A stretch of 64,000 nt of DNA, from contig JBNZDD010013634.1 of NCBI GenBank assembly GCA_050575255.1, positions 1,714,189-1,778,188 of the forward strand, in the 5' to 3' direction. A program made the translations under genes and the position numbers. The DNA comes from Harriotta raleighana. Its lineage: Eukaryota. The notes under the pieces were generated by a model, which saw only the letters and a list, made by a program, of their open reading frames with translations, made no database searches and was not told the origin of the DNA. Shown here one piece after another: positions 29,327 through 43,985 of this stretch (the first letter of the stretch is position 1; every line of letters begins with the position of its first letter).

Positions 29327-30827
29327 TCTCAGTCCAGCGTTATGTGAACATGAAGAAATAAAGATGCCGGAGCAATTGAACACAAAATATATCTCTATGC
29401 AGATGACACAAAATCCACAGTAGGCTATATTCCAAAGATACGTACAACAAACTTGTAATGATATGGAATAAATTGGGTTTGTAGAAGCCGTGTCCATCTT
29501 GAGATACCGAACTTGAAAGGATGGCAAAATTGAATTTTCTACATGCCTGCTGATATTGAATACTTATGGGGTTTAATTAATTTTGATCTTGAAATTAATT
29601 TATTTGATTAATGCAATTGTTACAGAAAACTAAAACCGAGTTGAAAAGGCAAAATCCCAGTCATTATCCTCATTGAGAAGATCAGATCCCTTGAAAATTA
29701 CTGTGGCTCTTAAATTAAATTAACTTTTGGGGGCAATAATGCTTCATCCAAAGTATGAATCTTAATGGGTATTTCAGAGATTAAATCAACAATTGAAAAT
29801 TCCCAAATTGTAGATTGTTATTAACGGATAAAGTGGTGGGGAGGCCGATATTGCCCAATCCCACTTGTCTTCCAACTGAAACAGGCACAAGTGAAATTAA
29901 TTTACATCAACATGGCAGGAATAACATGGTCAGTTTGTCTGGGTCTATATGAGTTCTTATGAATCACTTCATTTTGGGGTCACATTTTGAAACATATTAC
30001 ATACCTGAATTATTTTGGGAAACAATCGGATACATGCTCATAGATGCAACTGCAAATCACTTCTAAGCGGAATGATAATGGGAAGTTTTGCTGCAGTTTG
30101 AAAAATTGATCAGAGTCTGAGATAAACAGAACCTCAAAAATTAAAAGATACAGTATTTATTAATTACATTTCTCTGTAAACTTGGTCGTAACTCTGACTA
30201 ACTCTGTACCTCTGCAATAGTTACCCAGAAAAGAAATACATTAGTGAGTCTCATTCAATATGGATCACAAGTGAATAAGTAGAAACACAGTCCTTGACAC
30301 TAATAACAAGTGATTTCAGTTCATTTAGCAGTGTCATTCCATTTATCTTATCTGAACAGTTTTAGTATGAGATTTAGAATGAGTCAATTAGATTTTCATA
30401 ACCCAACTTGCTAACAAATAATTAAGTCTACTTTAAAAGGTTTATTTGCAGGCATGTTATCTGCTCATATTTTAATCTGAACCTTTACACCAGAGACTTG
30501 CTGCATACCATGATAATGCAACACAAAGATCCCCACCTTCTCAACTTCTGGCAGCGATGCCACAGTGTAGCATCTCGCGTGCCCTGAAGGCATTTAAAAC
30601 CAAATTATTTAATGACTTGAAGGAATCTGGCTTAAAGCGGCATTGTTGCCCCGCTAAAATGTCTTGCAATATTCATACACAACATAAAAGTGCAATTAGC
30701 AACGTAATGTTGTTGTGATTCTATCACCATCTGTTGCTACAAATTATAGTTACAATTTTAATAGAAACTGGGATTAAAAGACAAGTTTTAGCTTCAAACA
30801 ATTCACATATAACATCTGGTACAACAC

Positions 30828-31078
30828 GTAGAATCTTACAGCACAGAAGGAGGGCATTTGGCCAATCACGTCTGAAAGTCCTAATCATTTAGTCTCCTGT
30901 CCTGGGATATAAGGTGATAGAAGCACAGTCCATTGTGGCTTCAAGAGGAAAGTAGACAAATACGTGAAAGATAAAGGTTTGAAGGATATAGGGTAGGGCA
31001 GGATTGAATAGAAGTTTGCCCTGAGAACTGGTGAAGACTCGATGGGCTATATGGGCTTCTCCTATTCTATAAATTTCA
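30828..31078. mobile_element. Two CR1 3' fragments in opposite orientation
   Basis: Minus-strand tail at ~30828-30875 (tagaatcttacagcacagaaggagggcatttggcc); plus-strand fragment at ~30910-31078 ending gatgggctatatgggcttctcctattct. Confidence 0.65.
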
Positions 31079-33929
31079 ATTATTTTCGAAACTGAGTTTT
31101 AGAAACTTATAACTATTGTTTGAGCCAGGTTGGTCAAGAGGGAACAATGTTCTTGGAATGTAGTGTTTTAGAAAATGAGGTAACAATGATTCGTTTAACA
31201 AATATTAAATCTAATTTTGTAAATTTTGTCAGAAAATATTGCATGGTCAGACTATGCTATAATATACCTAGCATTTAAATGACAATAGTAACAGCCAGTG
31301 TTCTAATGAATTCAATGAAGTTCGTATTGGTCACGTCTATTAATAGATAATTATTTAATTAAAGACCCAAGCAGAAACAGGCAACTTGCAGCTTAGAATT
31401 TGTCAATGATTTTTTAACCAACTGCTAAGAAGAGCATGAAAGACTTACATAGTGACGAGTACCCAGAAAGCATCTAAAGGGTGAGAAAGTATTTCTGACC
31501 TAAACTCTGCTAAACATTCCCTCAAGTATGTCCAATATTATCAAAATCTAATGCCATGCTACCTAAAAATCTGTGCAATTACTTTAGGAACGTCTTTAAA
31601 TTTCAAAGAGATTCACGTTAACATCACTAAAAATGCACACATTTACTACAGTATAAGAAATATTACAGTATTAGTGGAAGTGTCACTGAACTCAGAAACA
31701 TTAAGAGGGTTTTGGAAATTCAAGCACATTAGAATGTTTGAGTCCTTTCAGTGAACATCACCTTGTTTTAATTGTGGAATTTATCAGGGAAAAATTGGCA
31801 AAAAATTACGTTTTTGAATTTTTTTGGCCCAATCATAAGTTTTTTTCAGTCAATGTCGTCACAAATGAAGAAATATTTATAGATTTAAGCATAAACCTAA
31901 TTTCTAAAAATAAGCAATTGAGAACAAACATTTCTCATTTACTATGACAAGACTGAAAAGCTGAAATAACAATAATTAGATTCGAATTACATACAAGAAC
32001 CAATGTCGATGTATGGACAACTTGCCAGAGTTTAAGTACCTTATTCTTTGGAGTTCTTTAGATTTCCATTCTTTGCTACTGCGAAACGTTGTTTCACCAA
32101 ATCCAGATTGTTTGCTTTTGTGAAATTATCATCATCTATGTTCCTCAACACAATTCACACCACTAAAGTCCATAAGAAAGGCATTAACCACACTGGTTAG
32201 TGAACTTTATGGCAAGAGTAAAAGTAAATGTTATGTTAAGCGGTAAAACAGCTGATGATTAAAACGCATTAGAGTGAATCAACCACCCGGACAGGTGTTA
32301 ATTATTAAACACGAACTGCTTAATAACCCTTGAATTACAGAACTTCATTTTGAAGCTGCAGCTGAGCAACACATTAAATTGTAAGTGGAAATTTACTAAA
32401 TTCAAATGATAAAAAACGGTATGAAATCACTCTGATCACAGCACGATGTGGAGGAGAGTATGGAATATGAGCCGTAGACCAACCGGGGAACAATCTCATT
32501 ATAATAGATAATATGGTTTTCTTTTTAAAATATTTCTGAACGTCAGTGATAGCTGTGGTTGCCTGCTGACATGCAGACTAACCATCTGATCAGAGACAGA
32601 TTCCCCTTTTGTTACCACTAGAAATTATAATAGACTTTTTAACATTGTATTTGCATATTCTTTCAGAAAATGATGGTGAGCAGAAAGAAATGAGGTGATG
32701 AAAGAACCAAATGCAAAGAAAGTATCCAGATTAACTTTAACAGAGTTGGTGTCTTGATTTGCAGATGAAATGTATCAACTGCATATTACTACGTATAATC
32801 AAGATATGTACTGTAGATGGACAGGATGCACAAAATATTGTTAGATTAGCAATGATTCAATTTGAGGATAAGAAGGCTGGATTACTACTATTCTGGAATC
32901 ATAAAGAAATAAATTGACAAACAAAATCCCAAAGCCCAATGAAACCATTCCAAACATTTCATCATTTGAAGAACAATAAAATTGCATAAAACAAATATCC
33001 TCCGGCAGAAAGAGGCAGGGGAGAGAAATACAGATCTCCCCAAGGAAACTTAACTTGTTTATGGCTGAACAGCCTGTCTGGTTTACCATCAAGATTCATG
33101 AATCCTAGCAGGAAAACTACCATGAAACTTTCCAAAGTTGTCTGGTTACTATTACGTTTATGCCAGATGTCCCATGTGTTTATCCAATTTGCTGGTACTG
33201 TATTTCTTTCATCAATATCTATTGGCTCTTGCTCTAACGGCAAAATGAAAGGCACTTTTAGGGGTATCAAATTCAGAGGAGACAGCTTCTCCTTCAATAC
33301 AAAAATGGACTATTCTCATTCTAAAGCACTCACATATGTCGGAAGGTTTGAAACTTATTTTCTTCCAGTTGACTTTCACTATGACAGCAGAATTCAGAAG
33401 AAATTTACACAGGGAAAAAGAAGGGGAAACACATTAAACTGCAAAATTGAACATTCATTGTTCTTATCCCATCAGAACCTGCTAAATGTGGGAAATCACA
33501 CAAATTGAGAGCACTGCCACAATATACGAATCATTCAAATTGGTTAAGGAATGGTCACATGTGAGAACACATGTTTTTTTTTACTTTGGTCTGCTATAGT
33601 AAATCTACATTTAGCTCAGAAATATAATATAAAATCAAGGTTTTTCCAACTATAATTGATAAATTATTGTCCTCTCTCCTGGTTTACACTGGTAAACTTG
33701 AGCGAACAATAAAGCTTCAACTTAAAAGAATTAGAGCATAATGTATCATTTCCATAACCACTGATCAACCACTGATCAACTATTGCTCGATTACTAATAG
33801 CCCACAAATAGTCAATATCCTAATATTGATGTAAAAATATCCAACTTATTTCTGGATTCTGTTGCAAATTACAACACTCAGGGTTAAATGAAAACGAGTA
33901 GAAATTCCTAAAAAGGATATCACACTGAT

Positions 33930-33990
33930 TGAGTCCTCCTGACGTGAAACGCGCTCTATAAATGTAATTTTGTTGTTGTTGTTGTTGTTG
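33930..33990 (+). mobile_element. L2 3' tail fragment
   Basis: gtcctcctgacgtgaaacgcgctctataaatgtaatttt(gtt)n is almost identical to the tail of the 18508 L2; similar tails at ~10247-10306, ~14007-14053 and ~14131-14232. Confidence 0.78.
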
Positions 33991-35184
33991 AGTCTTGTTC
34001 AGCACTTTGAAGAAATCTTGTTGCAACTAGATAGCAGTTTAATGGAATTCTCAATAATATTGTCAAAAATTACTTATTAACCAGCTTTTTTTGGTGTGGA
34101 GATTCCCACTTAAGTTCTCCAAGTCAGTTGCTCAAGCAAAGTTGATCTGCTGGTTATTTGCATGACCTCTGGAATGGCCCAGGTCTCCAATAGCAACTGT
34201 GCCTTTATTGCATCATCCAGCACAGACCCAAAGAAAGTAGTACAACCAAAGCCTCTTCAAGGGAGCCAAAATAACAATTTCCTTGTATGTTTTCTAAATC
34301 AAACTGTACAAAAGAGTGGCTTTCCACAAACAATTCCAAATTTCCTCAGTACCCACTGCAAACAATCCTCGCGATAGATTGATCTTCTACCCCATGGCTG
34401 TTTGTGGAACTTTGATGAATGCAAAATAGCGGCGGTATTTGTCGAGAAAAGCAGTCAACAGTTGACAGTAATTATTGTAAAGTGCTGTGAGTTGTTTTGA
34501 TGTGATAATCCATTATAAAAATGAAGTTCTTTGAAAGTTATCAACGAGTGTACTTATGCAAATTAAAACATCATCAAAATTCTTAGTACTGTATTAGCAC
34601 CAGAATGCAATGAAATAACCAAACTACAGAATAATCTACTATGGTTAAAAGAATGTTCCAATGGGTTTCCTGCTGGAACAGAGTACATCATGTGCTTTAA
34701 ATCATCTTATAGTGAACGATTACCAGCCTAACAAATAACTAAAATGTTCATTAGGGGCAATAGTGTCAGTTTAGCTCGCCATAGGAATGCAAGATCTTAG
34801 CACATATTTATCTCTGCTATTGCCATCAGTTGAATCACTTTTTAATGATAATTCACCCACTAATAATTATGTTCTATGGTTCAAAGATTACATCTTAAAA
34901 TCAAATGTTAATTGATATTTACTGAAGACTACAAAAGAAAAGCCTTGCAAAGAAATATAGCTCCAATCTCTCTTTGGATAGAAAGCATTAAAAAGCAACA
35001 AGGCACAAAAAAAGAAAGACTTGACCGATAGCGTTTCAGTGGTATTAAGAGTTAGGAATGGAATAATGTTGCTGGATTTCATTTAGGGGTTACATTAAGA
35101 TGCTAACCTAATTAAAAAGTATTATTCACAGAATCTATAGGGTTCCATGAAATACAGCGTACTGTAATATTAATGTGCATTTAC

Positions 35185-35281
35185 CTTAAACAAAATCCTG
35201 CTTTGTTGTAGGTTGGGTGCCAGGAAACATTTGGATTGAAATGAGGCAATACCAGAATCAAACAAAAATGATGGAGGAAAC
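35185..35281 (-). CDS. Candidate upstream STK33 exon (FLHHFCLILVLPHFNPNVSWHPTYNKAGFCL)
   Basis: tttctaaacAG acceptor, AAG|gtaaat donor, 97 nt, phase 1/2 open; joins exon 27650-27677 in frame. Confidence 0.33.
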
Positions 35282-36379
35282 CTGTTTAGAAACCCCAGGA
35301 AGATAAACAAAATCGATGCTATAAATATTTATAGTTCAAACTTTAAAATTTGGCTGGTACAAGCCAGGCCCACAAGCACAAAACTCTAGTTTGACTTTAA
35401 TGGACCATTTTATTCCTCCCATTCAGTATATTAAAGTACTGAACCAACTGAATTACAGTACAATTAAACCCCTACTCTTCATAAATTGCACCCAATACTT
35501 CAGCACAATACTTTGTATTTGAAATATGTTCCTTTAGAGCCATTGCTGTAAAATATCAAACTATAGCTTGTCATTAATTAAACCAGAGTGAAAAACTCTC
35601 CCCTGAATTTATTAGAGATTTCATGTGAAGCACAATTGAAGTTTTTAGACAAATGTAATGGGGAGCGACTTAATGAAAGAACAAAACTCCAGAAAGTGTG
35701 TAGAATTGGGAGTTCTCAGAGAATGACTCAATTGTCGCCCTGCCATAAGAAAGCAAGGTTATCAAAAGCACGAAGAGCAATCAAAAGAGACAAAGTAAAA
35801 GATCTCGAGACACAGCTTGGGAGTACATTAGGTTCAAAGTATACCCTCCAGAAATAGCAGATTGCACTCTTCTTAAATAATTATTAATATAAAGAGTCTA
35901 CCTTTAATCGCATCTCCCCCTCAAAGCATAAACTAGCCACAATATTTGATTTAAAAATATTTGATTAAGTTTGATTGCAGGGTTACGAAACAGCAGGTTC
36001 TAAGTTCAGGAAACCTATAGCAAACTATATTCTGAGGACAGTAAGCAAGCACAATTAAAGAACTCAAGAGCATTAAATGTCTATAGTAGTGGTGGCCAAA
36101 TCCTTTAGTCAGCTAACAAAATACATTTTCTTGACTGAATATTTCTTCATTTATGGCTGTACTATAGATGTGGGCATCACTGCTCAGTAACTACTCGAAA
36201 CAATGCATTGATTTTGAATGAACTCCCCTGGACTGGTACGAATGTTCAATGGGCCACTTCTTCACAGCCAGCGGGCCATGGCTGGCCATCACTGGTCTTC
36301 ATAGTGTACTTGCATAGGATGAGGTAGTCTCTTAAATAGAGTTCTACAACCACAAAGCACTGTACAAGAGGTCAGCGTT

Positions 36380-36780
36380 GGAGGACTGCAAATGCTAATG
36401 TAATACGTGTTATCAAGAAATGAAATGTGAATCAGGGAATTACAGAGCAGTAAGTCAAACATCCGTAATGAAGAATATCATTGAACAGCACAGCTAGGCT
36501 TTTTCTAAATAGCATAGATGCCATAGGGGCAATCAACATTTGAAGCAATAGGTTATGCCTCACAAATCTACTGGAATTCTTTGGGGAGGTAGTTAAATGA
36601 GTAGTGAATGGTTATACATTGGATCTAATTTAATTGCATAAAGGTGTACTGAATTGAAATCTGGCTTACTAATAAAAATCAAAAGGAGTTGGTGATGATA
36701 AATGCTCTGTCTGGGGATAAATGCTGCTCTGCAGGGGTTGAGTCTGAGGCTTCTGTGGTTTATAACAGTCATAAACAATA
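36380..36780 (+). mobile_element. Highly degraded CR1 RT fragment
   Basis: Remnants of ANV..., GNYRAVSQTSV (from GNYRPVSLTSV) and IEIWLTNKNQK. Confidence 0.5.
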
Positions 36781-37653
36781 TGGTGGAGAGAATTTCCAGC
36801 AGCATTATAATTGTCCTTTTCCCTAAGATTCAGACTCCCAGGCAATAAGAAACACTGTTTGCACAATAACCAGATTCTCTAAGAAAATGTCTAATCTCCT
36901 GTATTTTGCATAGATAATCTGAGTGGTTCTTTTTGTAGTTTCATCTAGCACTGGCAATGTGTCAGATCACGTCATCTCTGCACTTCATTTCCTGCAGCTT
37001 TATTGCCCAAAGAAACATGTAAACTATAATAATATTGAGATCAAATGGGTTAAAGGTCCTTTTTCATCTTGTGATTTAAATGGAGAGAGTAACAGTAAAT
37101 AAACATTTATTATGGTACAGTATATGGTTTCTGAAAAAAATGAACTATTGGAATCATAGTATCTTAGAGGAACCAAAACCTAAGGAGGCAGACTGCAAGT
37201 AGACTATTGGGACTCAATCGATTGAGAAGAATGTAGGGAACTTGACTTGGAAGCAGGATGTGAGAGAAACACATGATTTAAACTAGAGCTACAGAAGGTG
37301 GAGCTAGTAGTAATCACATAACCAAATACAGTATACATTACTTAAACTGCCTTTGCTACAGAAACTCCAACATAGGATATATACCACATTTTAGTTACGT
37401 AGAAATTTAATACATACCCATTTTAGGAAGTATTTTGTAGATTAAATTATAACAACCAGTTTGTATGTGTATAACTCCCTTCACAAAGCGTAGCGACTCA
37501 AAGCCTTTTACAACAGTTGCACAAAATAGGAAACCCAGTTTGCTTGTAAAATTTTAAAACAACAGCCCTTATATATGAAAACACAACTTAAGTAAAGGTA
37601 GCCCTTGTTTCTATCTAAAGAAAATTATCACTTGAGCAATTACGAAATCTTAC

Positions 37654-37750
37654 CAAACTCAGTCTGTGGCACTCTAATGTAGTCAGCGGGTACATATGCC
37701 ACATAACGTTCCATCCATGTTATTTCACTTATTTTATCACCTTGTTTCAC
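37654..37750 (-). CDS. Candidate upstream STK33 exon (VKQGDKISEITWMERYVAYVPADYIRVPQTEF)
   Basis: tttttgttccacAG acceptor, TTG|gtaaga donor, 97 nt, phase 0/1 open. Confidence 0.42.
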
Positions 37751-38119
37751 CTGTGGAACAAAAACAATGGACAGTGGTGATTTATATTAGGTATCATGAG
37801 GTAACAAGCGATACAGTTGCCTCTAAGATAAATGCGCATATAATCTAAACAGAATTTTGATCTGACTCCAAAGGAACAAACCACCTTTCTTCATCTCCCA
37901 CCAAGTGAGATCACTGATCAAGATTCCATGCTTAAATAAATGATCTTGATGCAAGCACAAAATGTTCCTCCATTACATTTTCAATGCTTAAAACAGTGAA
38001 TGATATCATTCCAGATTCAATTCGTCAAGGACATATACGGATGGAAGCAGGCATGTGCACTTGCATAATTCTTCCCAGAATGGAAAGTGGTTTTATCAGA
38101 GTGCTAGCACTGCACTTAC

Positions 38120-38190
38120 CAAAGGGCAATCTCCTGACAACTGAAATGTTACTAACAGTATGACCCTTTGCAGTATCAGGAGGAATTTCT
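38120..38190 (-). CDS. Candidate upstream STK33 exon (KFLLILQRVILLVTFQLSGDCPL)
   Basis: tcttctttAG acceptor, TTG|gtaagt donor, 71 nt, phase 1/0 open. Confidence 0.4.
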
Positions 38191-39964
38191 CTAAAGAAGA
38201 CATAATGACACAACTAAACAAACTCATTGACAAGATAGTATCCTCTCACCGATTAGGAATCAAAATACTGCAAGGACAGCGTTTCCTATATAAAGGAATG
38301 CTGGTAAAAAATTAAGTGTGTTACTTTGTTAATTACCCGTTTCAATTCTCGTTTAGCTCTCTGGCTAGAGTCAAACTTATCGAAAAATTTACAAATAAAT
38401 GGTTTATGTTTATACTAAGGAGCTGGCATCTGGCATTGTATGTATCAGCAAAAAAATTCAGACTGCTGAGTTTCCTACCCACTATGATTATGCTTCATCT
38501 TCAATGGCACAAAGCAGGTCAACCAGCACGGAGCAAAGTTACTCCATTTTTTTCAGGTAGAGAGAGCGAAAACTATTAAAAGAAAACTTTACTTCACACC
38601 CAAGATACATTTCTATTCAAGTTATAAACTATTAGCATTATTGAATTGGTACTTAAAAAAGTCTTTTTTCAGCATATTGGTTATGAATAATGTCTAGAAT
38701 TTTAAATTGCAATTTTAATGATTCATAGGCATTTTGAAAAGGCTAAACACTAGCTCTAAATAGCACTCAATATATTTATTTCTTTATACTGGTGATACAT
38801 TCTCAATTGTTGCTATTGCATGCTTCTTTAAATATGACAAGAACAACAAACCCAACTGGGGTACTGGAAAAGATTTTAAAAGATCTGATTCTTGATGGTT
38901 TAACAAAATCACCAAAAAAAAAAGCAAGTCCTTTTATACTCCACGTGAGGAAAGCAAAATCCATTTTTCACATGAATGGACCCAAATTCAGAAATACCTG
39001 CTTTTCCAATGCCAAGAGTGCATTCATATTAAAAGGGTACGCTATCTAGGGATGTCACAGGATAAATTTTTTAAAAAGGGCAAAGGTGCTAAAACACGCA
39101 CGGAAATCAATTTGGTAATGCTCGTCAAATGAAATCCTTTTATTGCAGGATCCAAAGTAACCGCAGTGTGCAGAAATGTTGCCACAGTGCCCTGGAGAAT
39201 TCAATACAGTTATTATCCCATAAAGTCAGACTTTAATATGGTCGCACAACATAAATTACTAAAGAGATGGAAGAAAGTTTAATCTGTATTGTTACAAAAC
39301 AGATGGAATTACACTTGTTAATAATAGGTGTAAGCTACGGAACTATCCCTCTGCACACTTTATCAAACCAGCTGTTATCTTGCTGCAGTAACAGAAAGCA
39401 GTCTTATACTGTATCTGTTCAGGTGTGATAACCCAGCTTGTATTGTGCAGGTGGTTTTCCATTATAATAGCAGGCAAAAGTTCACTGGTAGTAAATCCCT
39501 CTCCATTTGATATGTGCAATGTTTGACAGCTTTTAGAGATTCAAACTTATTGGGAATGACATATGAAGTCACTGAATGAAATATACGGTAAATCCACCCA
39601 AGCCTGTTATTTGGCTGGTATTAATACAGAATACTAATGTTGTGAGTGGAAGCTTTGTTGCTAAAGATTGCATTACAACTAAACATTCATACATATTAAT
39701 GGTGAACCTACACATTGCAAAAATAACTTTCATTTGCCTCAGTCATTTCAGAAGATGACAGAAATAATGCTTTTACACTATAGGAGTAAAGCAGGACAGG
39801 TACACATGTAATTTACATTCAGTAAACTTAGAACAATCTGCACACTTAGAAATATCGAAGACCACAGAAGTTCACATCAACGAAAGCCTCGTTCAAAAGC
39901 AGCAAGACTAGTACTCTATCTGTATGCACTAAATAATATATATTTTTCAAGGGTTTTTTCCCCT

Positions 39965-40105
39965 GGTAAAGCGCTCCATCAATTGACTGACAAGCAGGTT
40001 CCTACTTACTGTTAGGTAAACAGGTGTGCAGTAAGGAAACTTGCCTAACATTTCATGCTGCACCGGAATGGAACCCAGATTTTCTAGCTTGCAAGGTGAG
40101 TGATC
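39965..40105 (-). mobile_element. Degraded tRNA-head SINE fragment
   Basis: Reverse complement tagtttagtggttagatc...ctgggttccattccgg...taggcaagtttccttact resembles the head of the 46591 element. Confidence 0.6.
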
Positions 40106-43100
40106 TAACCACTAAACTACAAGACTAAATATTTTAAGCATATTGTTCTGCTATTTTTATTTTGCAATTGTCGCAGCATATAATCACAAAATTGTTCATC
40201 TCAATTGCAGTGAGCCTGTTGAGATTTTAACTAATCATGCAAGGATAAAACAGTGTTAAAATAATGTCTCTGGATACATACAGACCTATCTTATTTTCTC
40301 ATTACTAATTTCAACTTGATAAGGACAATTTCAATCCAAATGTGCAAGCAAGTTTCAATCAAATTTCAATCAAAATGTGCAAGCAAGCCTTTTTGACTTA
40401 TGTTACACAAGTTTAGTACATTTATTGTTCTCTTTCTATGTAATAAAACTCAAGAAATAAAATATTTTGACACAAACGATACAGAATTAACTATATTCCT
40501 CTTGAGCAATGTACATTTTCATGTCACAAAACTTTGTTTTCAATTCAAGCAGCAAAATGAGATTTCTTTCACATCTTGTTTACACCAGAGTCCTGTAGAA
40601 AGCAGCATATTCGGCTGTCAGTACAATACTGTTCCATCAAGCGCATTGCAAGCTAGGACGTTTTATTTGAGGGATCCATGCTTCATTCCCAGTAAAACAA
40701 TGTCGTCTTTTCGGAAAAAAGATTGTACAATCTAGGTTACAGGATACAAAAGCCAATCACTGTTAATGTGAACAAAAAATACTCCTACGAAAACATTCCT
40801 TTAATATGGAACTGCACAGTAGTACAGGTACTTTGGATGCGTAGGTGTATAGGCTTGTCAGTAAGGTAGAGCCCTGAATGTCTTGGGTAAAACAAAAAGC
40901 TAAACCCTTAACACATATCCAGAGCTTTCAAAAATGGATACTCGTGTTTGATTAGTTATGTCATACACATATCTATCTTCTATGTTTTTTCCATACCTTC
41001 AAATAGGATTTAATTTGTAACACGAAAGGCCATATGCAGAACTTCTTTATTGCCACAAGAGGCTGCTCTGCTGCTTAGTTGCAACCTGATCCATCATAAG
41101 AGTCAAAATTGTGAGCTGTACTTTAACCTTTCAAGTCTTGAACAATATTTTAATTGTAATTTTGCCCTTTCCTTTTATTTTGTTGAGTTTAACAGCCCAC
41201 TGCAACAAAATACTCCCCTTTTTTTGAGGGGTGGGGAGTGGTACAGGAAAAGAGAGAATTCACATTTGAAAATCTGCCAAAGTTTCTGCACATATACATA
41301 CACATCTACTGCACATCTACTTATGAAAATTCACCGAATCCTTATGTGTTTGAAACAAGCATCACAGTACAGAATTAAGTTGTTTTCGAAATAAGTTCAA
41401 TGTACTGGTTTCAATCACCCTTCCTCGCCACTAGTTCCAGTTGTTAATTACTCTGTAGTTAATCTGCCAGCAACAGAGAAGATGCTGTACGTTCCATTCT
41501 CCAGGCTATACAAAGGAGGAGGGTGAGGAAGGCAGTTGGAAGGATACATCGAGTAAAAAGGTGAGCAAACTATGCATGAAGCTTTCTTACAGTTTTTGAC
41601 ATTTCTTATTCTTTGGATAAATCAAATAAAACCATACATTTTAATGTGGCTGAAATCTATCTTTAGTCATCAAAGAGTTAATATTCTGATTATTCTGTTT
41701 GGAATGGATGAACTATCACAATTATAATTAACATTTATTTCAATGCATTGCAGCAATAAACTCATTACACTCAGACTACAGTTGTCACAGTAATCATTGT
41801 TATATCAAACTGTGAAGGACCACAATATTGATAATTGTTAGCACTATATCATTCATGCTGAGAGCCCTAAAGCATGCTAATAATTGCTTCAATGTATTCA
41901 TTTGGTACAGGTCTTTCTTGTCAATGGTGCTAATATGCATCATTCACTTCAACTGAAATGATCTGGAATTCCCAAACGGTAGCTTGTTTACTGTGAACAA
42001 TCTGATTCTATGGTGGAATCTGAAAAGGGCTCCATCTCTTAAAATACAAATGCTCTTTAGAAATTAAAATATCCAAGCCTTTCTTTCAATGCAATGCAAA
42101 TGCAATATTTGTAACAATACTGTTGTAATAAATATCAGATGCAACTAAATCTGCTTTTATTTTACCTTTAGGATAAAGATTTTCCTCCTAGTTTTCTCAA
42201 CAACCACTGAGGGATTCTAATGTTAATTGTAGCTATTCTCTTCCATCTTATAGAACATTACTGTTCAAGAATCAATAGCTCCGATTATTACCAATCTAGT
42301 AAAATCTATATTTAGAAATGGCAGGCCAGATCACCTCAGAAAATAGCTTTATTGGTCAAATGCCTTTTATGTGGTCATGTCTTGCACCACATACAGAATA
42401 GTATGTATTTATGAAATGCTCTATACTCCATTTTGTGTACACTGCTGTACACTTTTGCAACTTTACCAAGCTAATCTAAAATTCCTTTTCACTTTGCCCA
42501 ACAACCATTATTACTTGCTGGAGGCCTGCATGTGTTTGTTCCTTTCCTCCATCTACCCACCTCCTTTTACTTATGTCCTTCTCTCAATTTCCCCCACTCT
42601 CTCGTTTCCTACCTCCTAATTTCTCATTTAAATAAATAATTTTCACTCTATCTTTTTAGAGTTCAACATGCAAATCATCACAATCCATGAGTCAACCACC
42701 TCCTTGAAATATAATTTCTCCTTCATCAAAGGATATGGCTATCAAATACATTTTCTACACTTTGTTGCAAACACATGAGGTGGTTTACTTTGGTACTCTT
42801 CTGCCACCTCCTCCTGTTTCTCTATATCTCCAATTTTACCTTCCTTTCTCACCTGAAGCACAATACAACAATACGTAGAGACAGCTCAGAGCTCAGTAAA
42901 TGAAGCCTACTTCCTAGATACTACAGATATAAATAATCCATACATTTGAAATACCATTTTATCACTTTGTCGAAACATCTCTAAGAACTTCAGGATTTAC
43001 CGTAAAGTGCATTTTGTGTTACTATAGTATGTAAAATAACATGATGAAGGTCATAGTTCATTGAAAAAATAAACAACTTAGTGGATAAGAAAAAAAAATT

Positions 43101-43901
43101 CTCCTTTGTACTTTTGAATTATGCTGCCCCCACAACAGTTAGTGGTTTATTCATCAATAAATCACGCACAGCCACCATCCTCCTTATAAACCATTACATC
43201 AACTGACTTAATTTATGACATCAACAGAACTCCTCAAAGGTTTTACAGGAGTTATCACAGCCACATGCATCTAGAACTCTTTAGGAAGTGCCAAACCACA
43301 GGCAATTCTCGGTCAAAGATTCGTGCCAATTGGGAACAGGAGAGAAATTGCCTTTGCTCATTTTATTTACAAGTAAACGTTTCATGTCAAGATACAAGAT
43401 GCTCGATGCAAGTCCAGCATACAACATGAAAAGGCCATATTGTTTAACCCACTATACCACATAGTGTTACTATTTAGAGATATATAACCAACCAGATTTT
43501 AACTATGTGCAGACAAGTAACTACATTGAAAATAATGGAATTAGTGGTGTTTCAATTCAAATGGATAAGATTAAATTTGACACCAAGGAATTTGACCCTC
43601 TATTGAATAACTGATCGAAAGCATAAAAATGTCTACCACAAAAGAGATCAATAAAAAAAAGAATACAACCTACCCTTTGTCACTGCAAACAATGTGAACA
43701 AACATTGCCTGTTCTACAGAACAGGATTTCACTTACGATAATATAAACGTATGATTAAGTGCTCAAAGAAATCATAAAGCTATGTAGCTGATCATTTTTG
43801 CTCAACAAGTATTCTAATACTGAACAGTGTCAAATATTCCATCATCAATTGAAGAACTAGGTACAGTCGACAAAGACTATATTACAGTGATTGTTTTAAA
43901 T

Positions 43902-43985
43902 TACAGTAAAAGTCCTTTAATCCAGCACCTGATAATCCGGTAATAATTCAGTAAGTAATAATGCTTTTTATAGTCCGGCATCTGC
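43902..43985 (+). mobile_element. Possible pogo/Tigger-like DNA transposon end
   Basis: TA followed by CAGTAAAAGTCCTT, then three taatcc(a/g)g/tagtccgg subterminal motifs; the other end was not found. Confidence 0.35.

Noticed and set aside
32841-33508. Cluster of 83-136 aa overlapping ORFs
   Set aside because: No recognisable domain or codon pattern and only a weak acceptor near 33292; treated as chance ORFs, although a non-coding exon cannot be excluded.
40327-40387. Short tandem duplications (also ~20132-20167 and ~33757-33780)
   Set aside because: Ordinary slippage duplications; no array periodicity, not CRISPR-like.
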